This document shows, one piece after another, positions 18,005 through 27,539 of a stretch of DNA of 64,000 nucleotides (its first letter is position 1; the number at the start of each line of letters is the position of its first letter). The notes under the pieces were generated by a model. That model had not been told where the DNA came from and did no database searches. It saw nothing but the letters and a program-made list of their open reading frames with translations. The translations under genes and the position numbers were made by a program. The stretch is from Candidatus Saccharimonadia bacterium (GTDB lineage Bacteria > Patescibacteriota > Saccharimonadia > Saccharimonadales > 2-12-FULL-41-12): positions 11,599 to 75,598 of the forward strand of contig OY970327.1 of assembly GCA_963717365.1 (NCBI GenBank), in the 5' to 3' direction.

Positions 18005-18841
18005 ATGGATCTCTCAACTAGCATCCCAACAAAGCGGCTTAATAATGGCATGCATATTCCCCAAATAGGCCTTGGCGTGTTTAAGGTAGAAGATGGCCGC
18101 GAAGTGGAAGAGACAATTGATATTGCGTTTAAGGCTGGTTACCGGTCAATCGATACGGCTGCCATCTACCGCAATGAGGAAGGTGTCGGCCGGGCCATTG
18201 CCTATTCGGGCATCCCGCGTGAGGAACTCTTTATTACCAGCAAAGTATGGAACGACGACCAAGGTTATGACAGCACCCTCCGCGCATTTGATGAAAGTCT
18301 GCAACGACTGGGACTCGATTATCTTGACATGTATCTGATCCACTGGCCAAAACCTGCCAACCATAAAATAAAAGATACCTGGCGGGCAATGGAACTACTA
18401 TATAAAAAAGGCAGAGTTCGGACTATCGGCACTTCAAATTTTAAGCCACTACACATTGAAGAACTGCTGGCTAGCGCAGTCACTGTGCCAGCTGTAAATC
18501 AGATTGAACTACATCCACTGTTTACTCAGCTTGAAACACGGGCTTATTGTGAAGAAAAAGGTATTGCAATTGAATCGTATAGCCCGCTCATGCAAGGCGG
18601 CGATATTCTTAAAAATAAGACAATAAGTGGCATTGCTAATGCTCACGGCAAGGAGCCGGCCCAAGTCATCCTACGTTGGCATATCCAATCTGGTTTTATT
18701 GTTATTCCAAAGTCAGTAACCCCCGAACGGATTCAATCCAATATTAATATTTTTAATTTTGAACTTAGTGACGCAGAAATGAAACGGATCGATAAACTAA
18801 ATCAAGAGCGTCGAATTGGTCCCGATCCTGACACTTTTTAG
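18005..18841 (+). CDS. aldo/keto reductase (2,5-diketo-D-gluconate reductase-like)
   Basis: 278 aa. Contains GYRSIDTAAIYRNEE, LDYLDMYLIHWP, NQIELHP and VIPKSVTPERI. Confidence 0.93.
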   Translation: MDLSTSIPTKRLNNGMHIPQIGLGVFKVEDGREVEETIDIAFKAGYRSIDTAAIYRNEEGVGRAIAYSGIPREELFITSKVWNDDQGYDSTLRAFDESLQRLGLDYLDMYLIHWPKPANHKIKDTWRAMELLYKKGRVRTIGTSNFKPLHIEELLASAVTVPAVNQIELHPLFTQLETRAYCEEKGIAIESYSPLMQGGDILKNKTISGIANAHGKEPAQVILRWHIQSGFIVIPKSVTPERIQSNINIFNFELSDAEMKRIDKLNQERRIGPDPDTF

Positions 18842-18850
18842 TTTAATATA

Positions 18851-18880
18851 GAAAAACCCCGGTTTGACACGGGGCTTTTC
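18851..18880. terminator. bidirectional rho-independent terminator
   Basis: gaaaaa-ccccg-gtttgaca-cgggg-cttttc, lying between convergent genes. Confidence 0.7.
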
Positions 18881-18913
18881 TATTTGCTGGAATAGCTATT
18901 AAATTACGTAAGG

Positions 18914-19018
18914 CTAGGTCTTCTTGTTTTTCTTGCCGCTGGCTTTGCCACCCATGCGAGCAATACGTGAACGGTCTTCCTTACTCATCGATGCGAATCC
19001 ACGATCTTTTGTTGACAT
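18914..19018 (-). CDS. small basic KGG-motif stress-protein-like peptide (34 aa)
   Basis: The minus strand reads MSTKDRGFASMSKEDRSRIARMGGKASGKKNKKT*, preceded by a strong AGGAG RBS (cagagaggagatttATG). It falls below the ORF-track length cutoff. Confidence 0.6.
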   Translation of the reverse strand: MSTKDRGFASMSKEDRSRIARMGGKASGKKNKKT

Positions 19019-19136
19019 AAATCTCCTCTCTGTTACGCAATATTGCACTTACAATCATATGGTCTATAGCGGTTATGTTCTGTTAGAAAAGCAACAGAAC
19101 AACAATTCACAACACTCTTGGCATATTTCGTAAGAC

Positions 19137-19745
19137 TTACATCTCTTCGACTTTCTTAGTAAATCGGTTAACTATTCGCTTGCCGTAAGCTGTATTAACG
19201 ATAATGATCAACGCCACAACCACTGGAATTACATAATACTGGGCATTTGGTATAACTCGACCTAAGTAAAAACCCAGATAACTTGAAGATAGCACCCATA
19301 AAATACCTCCAATAACGTTGGCAATCATAAACGGTACGATCGGTGTGCGTGCTACTCCACTCATCAAAGGTGCCACGCTATGTACCACTGGTAGCCAGCG
19401 GCCCAGAACCAGCGTGCTGTAGCCGTATTTCTTCATGAATTTTTCCGTTGCTTTACCTTGTTTGGCGGTAAAATATCGTTCAGTTTGTTTTTCATAAAAT
19501 AATTTCCGACCGTATTTTGCTCCTGTCAGATATCCAACCACGTAGCCTAAAATAGCTGCAGCGATACCAACCAAAATTATAGTCAACAAGTCCAACTTAT
19601 CGGTGGCAGCAAACACGCCGGCGGCAAATAACAGGGAAAAACCAGGCAACGGAAGGATCAGGCCCAATATTACGCCTGATTCAATAAATACGCAGGCAAA
19701 AATAACCAAATAACCAAATGACTCAAGTAGGGATGCGCTGTCCAT
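19137..19745 (-). CDS. DedA family membrane protein
   Basis: 202 aa. Contains FIESGVILGLILPLPG, FMKKYGYSTLVLGRWLPVVHSVAPLMSGV and similar segments. Confidence 0.88.
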   Translation of the reverse strand: MDSASLLESFGYLVIFACVFIESGVILGLILPLPGFSLLFAAGVFAATDKLDLLTIILVGIAAAILGYVVGYLTGAKYGRKLFYEKQTERYFTAKQGKATEKFMKKYGYSTLVLGRWLPVVHSVAPLMSGVARTPIVPFMIANVIGGILWVLSSSYLGFYLGRVIPNAQYYVIPVVVALIIIVNTAYGKRIVNRFTKKVEEM

Positions 19746-19801
19746 AGCCTTTATTATGCAGTAATGACACTTTACTTACCAAAAGAAAGCCCAACCGCGT
19801 T

Positions 19802-20632
19802 ATGATAAGAGGTATGAAATCACTCAACGGCGCTGATTTAGCCGGCTTTATTCAAGAACGCCAAGCGCGCCAAGTTCGTGCCCTACGTCAAGCTCATAAT
19901 ACTATCCCTCATCTAGCCATTATTCGGACCAATCCCGATCCAGTGGTCGATAGTTATATGAAGCTCAAGCAAGGCTATGGCCAAGACGTGCTGGTTGGTG
20001 TTGCCGTACACACGATTGATCAATCCCAGGCAATTGACCGTATTAAAGAACTCAACGAAGATGACGCGATTCACGGTATCATTGTGCAGCTGCCATTGCC
20101 GGATCCACAACAAACCGAAGAAATTTTAAATACGGTTGCAGCTAACAAAGATGTTGACGGTCTGGCCACTAAGACTGACTTTGATCCGGCCACGCCACTA
20201 GCGATTAGCTGGCTGCTGGCTGGTTATAATATCGAGTTGAAGAACAAGCAAATTCTAATTATTGGGCAGGGCAGACTGGTCGGAAAGCCGCTGGCACGCC
20301 TGTGGCAAACTTCCGGCTACAATGTCTATAAGGCCGACCGTAAAACTAACAATCTGACCGAACTGGCTAAAACCTCTGATATTATTGTCTGTGCCACCGG
20401 TCAACCAGGACTTATATCTGCCAATATGGTTAAGCCAGACGTCGTCATTGTGGACGCCGGTGTTGCCACCGATAATAATGGATTAATTGGCGACGTTGCC
20501 CCGGATATCCGTAAACTTCCCAACATTACTATCACTCCAGAGAAAGGCGGTGTTGGCCCACTGACTGTCTGTGCCCTGTTCGAAAATGTCATCCGGGCTG
20601 CCCAGACTGCTGTCCAAGTTAAAGAAGCATGA
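19802..20632 (+). CDS. folD: bifunctional methylenetetrahydrofolate dehydrogenase/methenyl-THF cyclohydrolase
   Basis: 276 aa. Contains YMKLKQGYG, GIIVQLPLP, KDVDG, GQGRLVGKPLA and PEKGGVGPLTV. The start is uncertain (19802 or 19814). Confidence 0.93.
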   Translation: MIRGMKSLNGADLAGFIQERQARQVRALRQAHNTIPHLAIIRTNPDPVVDSYMKLKQGYGQDVLVGVAVHTIDQSQAIDRIKELNEDDAIHGIIVQLPLPDPQQTEEILNTVAANKDVDGLATKTDFDPATPLAISWLLAGYNIELKNKQILIIGQGRLVGKPLARLWQTSGYNVYKADRKTNNLTELAKTSDIIVCATGQPGLISANMVKPDVVIVDAGVATDNNGLIGDVAPDIRKLPNITITPEKGGVGPLTVCALFENVIRAAQTAVQVKEA

Positions 20633-21279
20633 AGATAGGCGTATTCGACTCAGGTGTCGGTGGGAAATCCGTTGCTAATGCGGTACAAGCTGCCTTGCCA
20701 GAGCACGCTGTACTATACTTTGAAGATCGAAAAAATATTCCATACGGTACTAAAACACCGAAACAATTGAGCACATTAGTTAATCCGATATTAGAAACTA
20801 TGGTAAATGAAGGTTGCGACGTAATTGTAATTGCCTGCAATACCGTTACTACAACTATTATTGAACAACTGAGGAACAATATTACAATTCCGTTAATCGG
20901 CGTCGAACCGATGCTAAAACCAGCCAGCCAGCAGACAAAATCCAATATTATTGCCGTCTGCGCTACCCCCACAACCTTAGCCAGCCAGCGTTACCAGGAA
21001 CTCGTGACTACCCATGCCCAGCACCTTGAAATACTGGAACCGGATTGTAGTGAATGGGCATATATGATTGAACATGATGACATTGACCACCAGCGTATAC
21101 GCCAGCAGGTAACACTACTATGCAAGCAAGGCGCAGATGTTATTGTCCTGGGGTGTACCCATTATCATTGGATTGAAGAAGACATCAAGGATGTCGCTGC
21201 CCTGTACACCGCGGCTGTCATTCAGCCCGAACAAGCAGTTATCAGGCAGCTTATGCGAGTGATTGCACGGCTTGGTTAA
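20629..21279 (+). CDS. murI: glutamate racemase
   Basis: 216 aa. Contains MKIGVFDSGVGG, IACNTVTT and LGCTHY (the two catalytic Cys). The start overlaps the folD stop (ATGA). The 3' end overlaps the convergent murD by 29 nt. Confidence 0.88.
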   Translation: MKIGVFDSGVGGKSVANAVQAALPEHAVLYFEDRKNIPYGTKTPKQLSTLVNPILETMVNEGCDVIVIACNTVTTTIIEQLRNNITIPLIGVEPMLKPASQQTKSNIIAVCATPTTLASQRYQELVTTHAQHLEILEPDCSEWAYMIEHDDIDHQRIRQQVTLLCKQGADVIVLGCTHYHWIEEDIKDVAALYTAAVIQPEQAVIRQLMRVIARLG

Positions 21280-22552
21280 ACTGCTCTCCACGGTCTTTGT
21301 AGTTATTAAATAAATCAAAACTGGCACAAGCGGTTGACAATAATACAATGTCATCGGGCTTGGCTTGTGTGCGGGCTTCGATAACTATGGCTTCCATAGT
21401 GGCAGGACCATTAATAATATCTGTAAAACCGGCCTTACGCAGCTCCGTTGCTATTACCGGACCCATTTGACCAATAACAATAACTGCCCGCACGTTATTT
21501 TCTAAAACGGTTCGCGCTAGCTCCTTATAGTCTGAACCTTTGTCTGATCCACCTAAGATAACTACTTTCGGCTGTTTAAATGATTTAATCGCTACAATAG
21601 CTGTCTCTGGAGTGGTACCAAATGAGTCATTATAATATTTCACGCCATTGAACTCTCGAATAAACTCTAGGCGGAAGGGCAAGCCGCTAAAGCTCTGCAC
21701 AGCTCGTCTGATCGCTGTAGCATCTTGAGTAATCTGCCATACCGTAGTTACCGCTGCGCAGACATTCTGCCAGTTATGTTCGCCCAGCAGTTGGATTTCA
21801 TTAACTGCACATATCTTAATTCCGGCAATCATCACATTACCATCAATCACTTCGGCGCCGGGCTTTTCGTAATAGGGGATGTGTCGGCCTGTACTTACTG
21901 AAATAACTTCTTTAGACTGCTCATTTTTGGCATAAAATACTGTTATATCACCCGGTTTCTGCCATCTGAAGAGCTGTTGTTTAGCTGTCACATACTCCTC
22001 CAAGCTGGCGTGCCAGTCTTGATGTTCTGGTTCAATCATTAAACAAACCGCCAAGACTGGTGAATATTTGATATCAATCAACTGAAAATTTGCTAATTCG
22101 AGCACCACGTAATCACTAGGCCTTATGTCTGCTTTAAGCATTTCCAACGGGGCGATACCAATATTTCCTCCTAGATGCACATTGTGTCCGGCTTCTTCTA
22201 TGATCTGCGCAATTAACGTGCAGGTAGTACCTTTGCCCTTGGTTCCCGTAACGCCAATAATATTGGGTGACGGGCAGACCTTCATAAATTCATTAGTGTT
22301 AGTTGTGACTTTTTCAAGTATTTCTATAGAGTTAGCTTCCAGAATATCATGTGGATGTATAGACGGTGAGCGCACTACCAGATCAAATCTCCCAAGTTCT
22401 CGCAGGTAGTCCGTACCTAGTTGAGTTGCGATCCCTTCCGGTACTTCTAGCGACTCATTTAGATCGCAAACAGTAATTGTATGCCCCTGACCCTGCCAAT
22501 ATTCAAGCGCGGAAACACCCTGACTACCATAGCCAAGAATAGCCACATTCAT
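21251..22552 (-). CDS. murD: UDP-N-acetylmuramoyl-L-alanine--D-glutamate ligase
   Basis: 433 aa. It has a Rossmann N-terminus, GVTGTKGKGTT P-loop and a Mur ligase middle/C-terminal layout. Confidence 0.93.
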   Translation of the reverse strand: MNVAILGYGSQGVSALEYWQGQGHTITVCDLNESLEVPEGIATQLGTDYLRELGRFDLVVRSPSIHPHDILEANSIEILEKVTTNTNEFMKVCPSPNIIGVTGTKGKGTTCTLIAQIIEEAGHNVHLGGNIGIAPLEMLKADIRPSDYVVLELANFQLIDIKYSPVLAVCLMIEPEHQDWHASLEEYVTAKQQLFRWQKPGDITVFYAKNEQSKEVISVSTGRHIPYYEKPGAEVIDGNVMIAGIKICAVNEIQLLGEHNWQNVCAAVTTVWQITQDATAIRRAVQSFSGLPFRLEFIREFNGVKYYNDSFGTTPETAIVAIKSFKQPKVVILGGSDKGSDYKELARTVLENNVRAVIVIGQMGPVIATELRKAGFTDIINGPATMEAIVIEARTQAKPDDIVLLSTACASFDLFNNYKDRGEQFNQAVQSLA

Positions 22553-22556
22553 GTTT

Positions 22557-22925
22557 TTAAGCCGCTAACTGCTCTTTAACGATTTCGGCGACTTGCCGTG
22601 GCGTCATATCGGCCTTCAATATAAATTCACAGACTCCCAGCTCACGAATACCCTCTGGCACCTCTTGTTCGCCCATATTTGTAAGAATTACTACCTTGAT
22701 AGATTTACCCCACGCTGTTTTTCTTAGCTCACGCAGCATTTCATGACCGCCCATTTCTGGCATCATTAGGTCTAATAAGATAATGTCCGGCTTCATGTTC
22801 TCAATAAGTTTTAAGCCAAGCACACCGTTTTCGGCCGTTTCAACCTTGTAGCCGTCGGCCTCAAACTTAATGCGGTACATCTGCGATATCGCAGCGTCAT
22901 CTTCTATTATTGCTACCTTGTTCAT
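22557..22925 (-). CDS. single-domain response regulator (receiver only)
   Basis: 122 aa. Contains IIEDD, the phospho-acceptor context DIILLDLMMPEMGG, and KVVILTN. No output domain. Confidence 0.9.
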   Translation of the reverse strand: MNKVAIIEDDAAISQMYRIKFEADGYKVETAENGVLGLKLIENMKPDIILLDLMMPEMGGHEMLRELRKTAWGKSIKVVILTNMGEQEVPEGIRELGVCEFILKADMTPRQVAEIVKEQLAA

Positions 22926-22974
22926 TAGGGTTAATTGTAGCCTATAGACTTATTTTTTACCACTGAACACACCA

Positions 22975-23349
22975 CTAGATATTAAGCACTTCTGCAACTA
23001 TGGCGGTAACTTCTTTAGGAGTCGAATGAGCCTTCACGACGTAACGGTCAACAGAGAGGAATCGTAAACCGATCGGTGCCTCGGCCTTACTAATATTAGT
23101 AAGTATTATCACCCTAATGCCGGCTCCCCATGCCTGTTCTCGCATCAGTTGCAACATCTTTTCACCACCCATAACAGGCATACGCAAATCCAACAAGATA
23201 ATATCGGGTAGCTCCGTCTCGCAAATTTTTAGACCAATTTTACCGTTTTCGGCTGAAAATACCGTATAACCAGACATTGACAGCTTAAGCGCGTACATTG
23301 CTCGAATTTGGTTGTCGTCTTCAATGACAATAATTTTTTTTGATGCCAT
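22975..23349 (-). CDS. single-domain response regulator (receiver only)
   Basis: Contains MASKKIIVIEDD, DIILLDLRMPVMGG and RVIILTN. The start is set at 23349, not the upstream ATG at 23403. Confidence 0.88.
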   Translation of the reverse strand: MASKKIIVIEDDNQIRAMYALKLSMSGYTVFSAENGKIGLKICETELPDIILLDLRMPVMGGEKMLQLMREQAWGAGIRVIILTNISKAEAPIGLRFLSVDRYVVKAHSTPKEVTAIVAEVLNI

Positions 23350-23499
23350 GTAACACTTTACATTTTGGTTTTTTGAACTATAATTTAAGTATAACTTTAG
23401 CAATAAAGATTAGCAACTTGGCAGTACCAATACGACCTAGCCCCAAACAAATCAATCAGGCCAGGTCGTTTTTTATTGAAATTTTATCATATAATAACC

Positions 23500-23528
23500 T
23501 TGACATAAAACAGAAAATAAACTATAAT
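23500..23528 (+). promoter_or_regulatory. consensus sigma-70-type promoter upstream of the FtsX-like/ABC operon
   Basis: TTGACA (23500-23505), 17-nt spacer, TATAAT (23523-23528). Confidence 0.55.
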
Positions 23529-23577
23529 AAACAAAATAATTTAAGCATTAGTAATATAAGGGCGGCTATATTTTAGT

Positions 23578-25107
23578 ATGACAAACAAGAGGACAGAGCT
23601 AAAACCAACAGCTTCCCCTACATCCGAGGGATCGGTTAGTCACGCCCCTATGACTGGTTCAAACCGCTTCTCTCAATCTAGAAGAATGATTGCTGGAGCC
23701 CTAGCTGCCGCTAGCATAGTCGGCGGAACAGTCGCTGCCGTTGAATATGACTTGCCGGATAAAGCTGGCGGCGCAATGGAACAAGTCGGCGATATTGGGG
23801 TAACCGTAACTCCCAAGGTTAGTTCAAGTGGAACGGAAGCCTTAATTGCTGGCAATAACTTGCTTCGCGGCATCGGCCCTTATGCATTACTTGGCGGACT
23901 GGTTGCTTTTGGCGGACTGGCAGTTGCTCGCAAGCGAAGCGACATTACAGCCGCAACTTACACTTACTTAGCCGCAACCAAAGAGTCAGGGATAACTTAC
24001 AGGGTGTTGCCTGCCACAATAATTAGTTCTGTTGCAATTTCATCAGGTCTTGGCGACACGGCAGGCAAGGGAGCCAATGAACCGGTCAGAATCTTAGCCG
24101 AATCATCACTTGTCTCAACAACAGGGCCGCAAGCTGACCCGCTAATGATTACTCAACACAAACGAGTGATCCCATTTAACCATAGCGAAATTAAGAAAAA
24201 GGATATAGCCACGCTTACCAAGTCCTTCAATCCAATGCTTGTTAGTAAAAACAGCACCAGTACTTCAGTTATGCCCTTTGTTGCTGAATTAGGAAGTGTC
24301 TATGATCCTTCAAGAAAGAATAATCCCTCTAGTGCACCAATTATCGCGCTGCCTAACGAAACTATTAAAAAAAGTATGGGCGTTGATTTAAGTAATACTA
24401 ATGCCGGCTGCTCAGATACTTCGGTGATTGTTGGTAGCCAATTGGGATCCAAAAAAGGAGATAAAATCCAAGTTGAAGGCAAGTCTGCCAAAGTAGCCGG
24501 CACAATCGAGATCGCTCCCGGGCTGGACCGTGTTGCAGTTATTGGTTCACTAGAGCAGCTACACGGTTGTATCTTTGACGAAGGTACCTATAGCGGTGCT
24601 ATGGTAATTGGCGTTGATTCTAAAGAACAACTTCAAGCACAAATGGATGACCTAGGCATGGACTACTCAGCTCGTGAACTGGATGAAGTGACTAAAGCTT
24701 ACAGTGAATTCTGGGATCGCAGTGTTAAACCAGTTGAAATGCAGCTAATACTGCTTGTTTTGGGTACTGGTATAGCCGGTGTTACGTATATGCGCAGTTC
24801 AAGTATAATGCGCCGCCGCAAAGAAATTGCCACCATGATACTAAATGGTGTGGACACCCGGGAAATATGTCGCGACGAAAGCATCAGATCTCTTCATACA
24901 GGAGTAAAAGCCGCTGGTTACGCAGTTATACCGGCCATAGCTTTAACGGCCATGACAAACTCATCGCAGTTTGGGTTAGATCAGCCAGCTGATATTAGTT
25001 CATTAGGCGCTGGGTTTGCGGCATTTATGGGTGTAAGTATAATTAGTAATGTAAATGCCAAGCGGACAATTAAGAATATGGATGCCGCTCAGGAGTTGAG
25101 GAGTTAA
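23578..25107 (+). CDS. FtsX/MacB-like ABC transporter permease with a large extracytoplasmic domain
   Basis: 509 aa with N-terminal TMs and an extracytoplasmic region of roughly 250 aa. The C-terminal FtsX-type module is LILLVLGTGIAGVTYMRSSSIMRRRKEIATMILNGV plus 2 more TMs. It lies directly upstream of an ABC ATPase. Confidence 0.7.
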   Translation: MTNKRTELKPTASPTSEGSVSHAPMTGSNRFSQSRRMIAGALAAASIVGGTVAAVEYDLPDKAGGAMEQVGDIGVTVTPKVSSSGTEALIAGNNLLRGIGPYALLGGLVAFGGLAVARKRSDITAATYTYLAATKESGITYRVLPATIISSVAISSGLGDTAGKGANEPVRILAESSLVSTTGPQADPLMITQHKRVIPFNHSEIKKKDIATLTKSFNPMLVSKNSTSTSVMPFVAELGSVYDPSRKNNPSSAPIIALPNETIKKSMGVDLSNTNAGCSDTSVIVGSQLGSKKGDKIQVEGKSAKVAGTIEIAPGLDRVAVIGSLEQLHGCIFDEGTYSGAMVIGVDSKEQLQAQMDDLGMDYSARELDEVTKAYSEFWDRSVKPVEMQLILLVLGTGIAGVTYMRSSSIMRRRKEIATMILNGVDTREICRDESIRSLHTGVKAAGYAVIPAIALTAMTNSSQFGLDQPADISSLGAGFAAFMGVSIISNVNAKRTIKNMDAAQELRS

Positions 25108-25111
25108 CGTT

Positions 25112-25849
25112 ATGTTCAAACGAGAATATTGCCCTACAATTCCTAAAGACGAAATGGTTATTACCGCCCGCCACCTGAGCGTAGAAGTCGGCAGCGAGCA
25201 TCCATTGACCGATGTTTCGTTAATGATTCATCCCGGAGAACATGTTGCAATCACTGGCCCATCTGGTTCAGGCAAAACTACACTGGCAAATTACATTGTC
25301 GGACTAAGTATAGACAACAAATCGCCCGCCCAAGGCGCCGTATATTATAATGAAACGTCAATCTACGACCTTACCAAAGATCAGCGCGGAACATTGCGTG
25401 GTACCCTTTTCGGCTATGTGCCGCAGGCTCCTCATTTGTTTTCAAGTATGAGCGTATTAGATAACATCACCATAAACGCCCGTAAGAAAAAAATGCCTGT
25501 CGACCAAAAAAATCTGGCAGATCTCGTAGAACTTATGGGGTTAGAAGACAAATTAGACCGTATAGCCGGCACGTTATCCGGTGGGGAACAGCAGCGCGTA
25601 TCAATTGTGCGTGCGCTGGCTCATGATCCTGCTGCCGTAATACTTGACGAGCCAACTTCAGCTTTGAATACAGAGCTAAAACAAGAAGTGAATTGGTTAT
25701 TAGAGGATCTGGCAGAAGAAAAAGATACCACCATTATTGTTATTAGCCACGAACAGACCAGTGCCAGCAGGATCATACACCTAGAAGACGGTTACTTAGT
25801 ACATAAAATAGCTTCTCAAGGTAACAGTTTAACGGGGGTTAATGTATGA
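25112..25849 (+). CDS. ABC transporter ATP-binding protein
   Basis: Walker A GPSGSGKTT, signature LSGGEQQRV, Walker B VILDEPTSALN. Confidence 0.93.
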   Translation: MFKREYCPTIPKDEMVITARHLSVEVGSEHPLTDVSLMIHPGEHVAITGPSGSGKTTLANYIVGLSIDNKSPAQGAVYYNETSIYDLTKDQRGTLRGTLFGYVPQAPHLFSSMSVLDNITINARKKKMPVDQKNLADLVELMGLEDKLDRIAGTLSGGEQQRVSIVRALAHDPAAVILDEPTSALNTELKQEVNWLLEDLAEEKDTTIIVISHEQTSASRIIHLEDGYLVHKIASQGNSLTGVNV

Positions 25850-27447
25850 GTGTCTACCCTATAGAAGCGGACGCAGTATATCGGCATGAGCTTTCTCCGC
25901 TGAGACTGGTAGAAACCCCAGAGTTAGCTCCAGGTACCATTCAGTTTGAGGACTATATGGCTCTGCGCCAGCTGTGCAATATAACGCCAAAACTAGAAGT
26001 TAGCCGTGTCACGGAAATCCAGGAAAAAGTTCGTAGTTGGCTGACAGAACATGCTATCTTGCCTGAAGTACCCGACTACGCTGCAGATTATTCAGAAGAA
26101 ACTATACATGATAAAATTGGTGGCTTAGTAAACTATCTCCGTGAAAATTTTGGAGATGAAATTCCGGCGGTTGAACTTGATACTACCGATGCTTTTGTCG
26201 ATTCCGCTTTCACTATGTACGGCGAACGAAGTCATACTGGGAGGGTCCACGACGATTCCGATGGTTCGTTTGCTTTTGTAGTACCAGTCCGTTTATCACG
26301 GGAAAGGCCAGAGTACGGCAAAGAAGTAGAAGGTGCTATTCCTGCATTTCGCTATTTACCAAACGAATTGCGCGCAGACATGCTAGTAGGACTTCCACCG
26401 CTGATTATTGACCGATATGAACGTGCTGCGGACGGTAAACGAGGCTATATAGTAATGGCTCCTATTTATACCGATAACTTGAACGACATGGAGCATAGTC
26501 CAAGGGCAACATTAAAAATTGCTCGACCTAAAATTAATGATGCAGTCGATTTTGCCCAAGAACGGCTGGGTGTTGAAATAGTAGCCCTCGGTGCCGTCAT
26601 TCCAGCGCTTACCAATTATGGTAAAAGCGTTACCAATACGAATGTGATTGTTACCAATGGGCACGGCGGTACAGCCTACATTGTTAAAGAAACTGTGCGT
26701 GCGGCCGTAGAGAATAACCTAGTCAGCGCTGATGCTATTAAAAAAATCGGTATGCTTGGTCTTGGCTCAATTGGTTACTCGATAGCACATCTAATAGCGA
26801 GTGAGTTTCCTGGATCAGAGCTGCGTGTGTTTGACACTAGTGCAAATAAGGTAGATCGGGTTCTAAAGACCATTCAAGATGGCAATATTATCGCTGCAAA
26901 AGATGGTGCGGAGCTTATAGACAAAAGCGATATTATTATCTCGGCAATTGTCGGTCAGATAGATCTCCAAGATGAAGCTCATCACAGGATAAATATGAAG
27001 GATAAATTAGTAGTTGACGATGGTCAGCCAGCCGCATTTGATCGTAAACAGGTAACAGCAAGAGATGCCTTATTAACCTGGCCAATCGGGCATGACACAC
27101 TAAAACTGATTGTCAGAAATGACTTCGATTATGGCACCATGTATGACTCAAAACGAGATTTATTTGGATGTGAAGCTGAAGGAGCTACGCTAGCTTTGTA
27201 CGCACAAGACATGCGAAACCGTGGCTTACCTGATCAAGTTGTCCGGAATGTGCTAGAAAAAGTTGCTATCTGCAGTGCGGTTACACCACGTATGGCGCGG
27301 TTAATGGGCGTGCTTTTCCGTCATAAGTCAGGCGTAGGCGTGGCGTATCCTCAGGCATTCGGCTATCCGGTTACTGCTCCTGGTAAAAAACAGACTAAGA
27401 ACCTGTTGCACACCTCCACTCCAGCTTCAGCGTACGCCGGTTACTAA
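25846..27447 (+). CDS. acyl-ACP-reductase-like (COG5322 / shikimate-DH-type NAD(P)-binding) oxidoreductase with an N-terminal extension of about 140 aa
   Basis: 533 aa. VEIVALGAVIPALTNYG, TNGHGGTAYIV, the Rossmann motif IGMLGLGSIGYSIA and LFGCEAEG run parallel to cyanobacterial acyl-ACP reductase ISALGGFTSI, TTGNTHTAYV, VAVVGATGDIGSAV and MFACFAEA (catalytic Cys). This comparison is from memory, not from an alignment tool. The start overlaps the ABC ATPase stop (ATGA). Confidence 0.55.
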   Translation: MSVYPIEADAVYRHELSPLRLVETPELAPGTIQFEDYMALRQLCNITPKLEVSRVTEIQEKVRSWLTEHAILPEVPDYAADYSEETIHDKIGGLVNYLRENFGDEIPAVELDTTDAFVDSAFTMYGERSHTGRVHDDSDGSFAFVVPVRLSRERPEYGKEVEGAIPAFRYLPNELRADMLVGLPPLIIDRYERAADGKRGYIVMAPIYTDNLNDMEHSPRATLKIARPKINDAVDFAQERLGVEIVALGAVIPALTNYGKSVTNTNVIVTNGHGGTAYIVKETVRAAVENNLVSADAIKKIGMLGLGSIGYSIAHLIASEFPGSELRVFDTSANKVDRVLKTIQDGNIIAAKDGAELIDKSDIIISAIVGQIDLQDEAHHRINMKDKLVVDDGQPAAFDRKQVTARDALLTWPIGHDTLKLIVRNDFDYGTMYDSKRDLFGCEAEGATLALYAQDMRNRGLPDQVVRNVLEKVAICSAVTPRMARLMGVLFRHKSGVGVAYPQAFGYPVTAPGKKQTKNLLHTSTPASAYAGY

Positions 27448-27539
27448 AGTTTCAAATCTAACAGATAGATCTGAATTACCTCTTGGACACAACAGATGCG
27501 TAGTTGCTATTATGGTTACAAGTTAACCGCTAGCAGTTT

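Noticed and set aside
17839-18051. 70-aa minus-strand ORF overlapping the aldo/keto reductase start
   Set aside because: It overlaps a confidently called gene start. It is AT-rich, with an odd composition and no RBS.
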